Below, in pieces: positions 60,506 through 64,000 of a stretch of DNA of 64,000 nt. Location of the stretch: positions 124,001-188,000 of the forward strand of contig QPGO01000003.1 of NCBI GenBank assembly GCA_008632985.1, in the 5' to 3' direction. A program made the position numbers and the translations under genes. A model generated the notes under the pieces. The model did no database searches. It had not been told where the DNA came from and was given only the letters and a program-made list of their open reading frames with translations. Position 1 is the stretch's first letter, and each line of letters begins with the position of its first letter. The DNA comes from Psammoneis japonica (Eukaryota).

Positions 60506-62668
60506 TTACAGTGGTCTCAACTCCGTGACCGATTCGTAGTCCTTGCTCGGTCCTTTCACGCGATAGGTCATGACAATTTCTTCTGCGCCAATCCCATCAA
60601 ACTTGATCTTGAATGTGGCCTTGTACAGGTCCTTGATACAGAGATGGTCATTGGTCGCCACCCAGTATCCATTTTCTTGTTTTGAAAATTTCAGACTCAA
60701 AAATAAATGGGCTCGCTTTCCCAATTCGACAAAGTAAATCTCGAGAATGCCGTCGTCCTTGTACTCGTATTCGTATTGTCGAAAGACATCCAGGTCTCTT
60801 CCCCCGGGCATGTGAAAGATTCCTTGTTCGTCATAGAGGACTGTGTTCCATTCTTGAACATTGGGTGGTGGTTGCATGAAGGAAAACTTGATCTGGCCCG
60901 TCACGCGTTGAGGTGGATCTGTCGATAAAAAGTGGGTAATGGAACGTTCAAACCGCCATTGTCCAACCAAAGCATTCAATGCAATTTTTGCAACATTGGC
61001 AGACCCGGCCTCGTCGTCACTTTCACCCCACTCGACTTGTATTTCCTTCTTGCACTGTTGAGAAATCTCGTCGGAAGTTTGGTAAAAGGCCGGCGATACC
61101 ATCATCCCCTTGGCTCCGAATTCTTTGCTTGGAACAAGGTCAACTAGCTCTGCCAAGGAATCCATCATTCCAACGTAATCAAAGCGGGGGAACTGCGCCC
61201 GATTCGACTTGTCGCGAATGATGCGAGAATCCTCTAGTGCTTGGTCAATGACATGCTCGGATGGCGTGACTTGTCCACTCATCATTCCGGCTAGTAGTCT
61301 TGCTTGCAGTTCCATAATGCCAAAGTACGGGCCCTTGTACATGCCGACAAAGCCCAGATTGGGCAATTTGGGGTGAAAGGCATCGTAGCAGAGTGAAAGC
61401 GGCGCGTATCCATCCGTTTCATCATATTCCAGCGTTTCCAGTATCGTTGGCTCTAGAAAACTCAATTGACTCCGATAGCCCGTACAAGCAATGATGCGGT
61501 CCATACCAGTCAAGCACTGTCCATCCTCGAGTTCTACCGTCATTTTGTTGTTGTCGTCGTCGTCGTTCTTGTCCTCGTCAACAATGGCTCGCGCCACTCG
61601 ACCCTTGATTACCTCAATATTGCCATCAATGACGAGATTTAAATAGTCATCACTAATGGCTACCATGGGCGGACTCGACGTGTCTGTGGGTATCCCCAGA
61701 GGAGATTGCGTTTGTTTTCGAGACCCCGAAAGAGATTGAAGAAAGGCATGTTTTGCTTGACAGGACGCTTCATCCATGGTCAAGACGGCCGGTGTTTGAG
61801 GTGCGTCTCGACTGCGTCGATACAAAACTGTATCCAGAGGAGCAAAGCATTCCTTACGACCCGTCTTGTCAGAATCTTGTTGTTTTGTTGGTACTGGAAC
61901 ATAACGCGGCATGACCCACGGAATACGTGGTACAATACTTATCACTTTGCTGGCTTGTTTTCGAACATCTGCCGCGATTTCCAAGGCACTAAAGGAAGCT
62001 CCACAAACGGCGACGGTTTGATTGCAAAAAACGCTCGGCGACTTGTACTCGGAGGAATGAATAATCTTCTCTTGATTGGGCGTAATCTCGGCTTTTGATG
62101 TTGTGTCAGTAGTATCATTGGTATTCATGAGTGGCAGTCGTAGTAATCCTTCTGGCATGACTGGGGTGGAAAAGAATCCCGTAGCTACAATGACTCCATC
62201 AAATTCCTCCGATTTCGTTACACCGTCTGGCTCTGCCCATTCCACTTGATATCGTCGTTGCTGAAACAATCCATCCTTATTCTCATTCTCCTTCGTATTG
62301 CTACTACTTTTTTGTTTTATATTTGTCACTGTACATCCATATCGAAACCATGTTGGATCTAGAAACGCACTTGCATAGGATTCCAAATACCGGTGCATGT
62401 CGTTGCGTGACACAAACGCCGCCGTCGGACTACTACTCTCTTGATGAGACCATGGTAATTCGGAAAAACAACACGTATATTTGGAAAGGTTGGGTGTCAA
62501 ATTGTCCCACATTTTTCCTGACGAAACATTCCAAGCTCCACCCAAACCACTTTGTAGTTTATTAGCATGACATTCAAACACACAGGGTTGGAGACCACAT
62601 TTTGCCAAGTGCCGACTTGCAACGAGACCCGCCGCTCCTGCTCCAATCACTGCCACTACAACTGTCAT
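60506..62668 (-). CDS. Flavin-containing monooxygenase (FMO-like) with additional C-terminal domain (DUF6314-like)
   Basis: GAGAAG FAD motif, GGAW, ATGFF, HSSEYK fingerprint, GASFSA NADPH motif, CTGY and MELQAR. C-terminal HLCIKDLY domain. Alternative start at 62695. Confidence 0.9.
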   Translation of the reverse strand: MTVVVAVIGAGAAGLVASRHLAKCGLQPCVFECHANKLQSGLGGAWNVSSGKMWDNLTPNLSKYTCCFSELPWSHQESSSPTAAFVSRNDMHRYLESYASAFLDPTWFRYGCTVTNIKQKSSSNTKENENKDGLFQQRRYQVEWAEPDGVTKSEEFDGVIVATGFFSTPVMPEGLLRLPLMNTNDTTDTTSKAEITPNQEKIIHSSEYKSPSVFCNQTVAVCGASFSALEIAADVRKQASKVISIVPRIPWVMPRYVPVPTKQQDSDKTGRKECFAPLDTVLYRRSRDAPQTPAVLTMDEASCQAKHAFLQSLSGSRKQTQSPLGIPTDTSSPPMVAISDDYLNLVIDGNIEVIKGRVARAIVDEDKNDDDDNNKMTVELEDGQCLTGMDRIIACTGYRSQLSFLEPTILETLEYDETDGYAPLSLCYDAFHPKLPNLGFVGMYKGPYFGIMELQARLLAGMMSGQVTPSEHVIDQALEDSRIIRDKSNRAQFPRFDYVGMMDSLAELVDLVPSKEFGAKGMMVSPAFYQTSDEISQQCKKEIQVEWGESDDEAGSANVAKIALNALVGQWRFERSITHFLSTDPPQRVTGQIKFSFMQPPPNVQEWNTVLYDEQGIFHMPGGRDLDVFRQYEYEYKDDGILEIYFVELGKRAHLFLSLKFSKQENGYWVATNDHLCIKDLYKATFKIKFDGIGAEEIVMTYRVKGPSKDYESVTELRPL

Positions 62669-62769
62669 TATAGTATTTTTGCAATGGATATACAATGTCT
62701 CAACAAGGAGCTCAACGAAGATTCAAAGATGAGTTTGTTAGATCTCAGATACGATCTGACAATAGTTTG

Positions 62770-64000
62770 GAAGATGTCCAGACTGCGGGACTCATTCAGT
62801 CACGTGTGGGCATTGTTCCTCAAAACACCACACACCACGAGAATCAGAGTGGCTTTTCAGACTGTTGCCAATGCCTTCAACAAAACCAATGCTGTTGTCA
62901 TTTGGAATGAACATGCATTGCTTGTTTGATGGTTGGCAATCGGCGAATCGTTGCAGGAGCGCACTGCTTCGTCATGTGTCAAGAAGGAGCAGCCTTGCAT
63001 CTCAAGCAGGGCTTGCTGTTGCAATTGCACCATCTCAAGTGCTGTTGTGCTGAGGCACCTCACACACCTGGCTTGTTGGCCCAGACTCTCTCCTTTCAGC
63101 ACACCTTGTGATGTCACTTTGCGTTGTCATCATGTCTGAGCTCCTCTGCCATGCCGCACATTCTTGCGACCCCAAAAAAGGCACCTGCCATGTGCTTCTT
63201 GCACTCTGGCTGTTGCACATGTGCACCTGGTGGCCAACCTGAGGCAAGCATCCTCTGCACTGTTTTTTTCTTCACAATTGCTGCTGCTGCAAAATCTGAT
63301 GCTGTGGTCCAAAATGAGCATCTGTGCTTTTCTTCATGAACTGCTGGCTGCTGCTGCAGAATCTGATGCTGTGCAACAAGTCAGCCATCAATGAAAATGA
63401 CCACTGCAGCAGCTCTGCAGCTTCCACCTTCTCTGCTTGCCTTGCAAGCTGCAAATCCATCACTTGAATGCAGACTTAAAATGCAATGCCACCAGCATGC
63501 TGCAATTTTTGTTTCTTCCTTTGGTGCCCCTCTCTTCCTCCAATGCCTCATTGGTGCTGGTGCTGTCCACAGGCTTCCTGGAACAAGCACTTGATTGCAC
63601 AGGGTTCTTGCACTCCCATTTGGTGTAAGGCATGCTGTCAGATGCCTGTTTGCCCCAAAAACAAAGTGCTTGCAGAGCTCTTGGCAAGTTGCTTGTGTGT
63701 TTGCTGACCACCTCTGCTCATTTTTCCACCACCTTTTCCAAGTGCTCCATTGCTGTTTTTTTTTGTTGATGTTTCCCTCAGGCTTCCACATGTGTTTGCC
63801 CATCTCCAAAAGAATTCGGAACACTGTGTTAGAACTCTTGTCACTGGCTGTGTCTTTTGCAAGAGATGCTGATCTTTGTGGAGGTCTTCCCACAGGTTTG
63901 CAGATGTGTTGTTGCACCTGGGTGTTGCCTCCACCTCACTTGCATCTTGTTTGTCTGTGCTGGCCTTGTTGCTCTGTCTGCCCCACTGTTTGTGTCTTGG
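62770..64000. repeat. TpA/CpG-depleted degenerate repeat block (unidentified)
   Basis: About one TA in 1.2 kb; TG/CA-rich. Confidence 0.55.

Noticed and set aside
1..64000. tRNA, rRNA, or a gene encoding the mutator itself
   Set aside because: No RNA gene, deaminase, methyltransferase or Y-family polymerase was recognisable. Only the footprint of the process is in this window.

Overview
Eukaryotic genomic DNA, very probably from a diatom. This rests on short GT-AG introns, an LCIB-type theta carbonic anhydrase and CoDi-like Ty1/copia elements. Eight intact host genes sit in islands of ordinary composition: an S8 subtilisin, a secreted orphan protein, a bile acid:Na+ symporter, a SYLF/Ysc84 protein, an orphan membrane protein, an SV2-like MFS transporter, a theta-CA and an FMO. 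About 40 kb of nested, decayed transposons separate them: two Copia elements, a complete P element, a Mutator-like element carrying a DEDDy exonuclease and a Ulp1 protease, Plavaka-, Harbinger- and CRE-like remnants, a piggyBac-like MITE and a MITE family with 4-bp TSDs. The dominant unusual signal is that repeat blocks are almost emptied of TpA by TA->TG / TA->CA transitions on both strands, the opposite direction to fungal RIP. This is visible directly in LTR pairs, a tandem duplication, a target-site duplication and a duplicated host-gene fragment. It is context-biased (YTAR survives longest), appears to outpace CpG decay, and stops abruptly at host genes. It is a candidate repeat-directed A:T->G:C hypermutation (genome defence) system. 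All alignments and counts were done by eye and no database search was run, so novelty is unverified.
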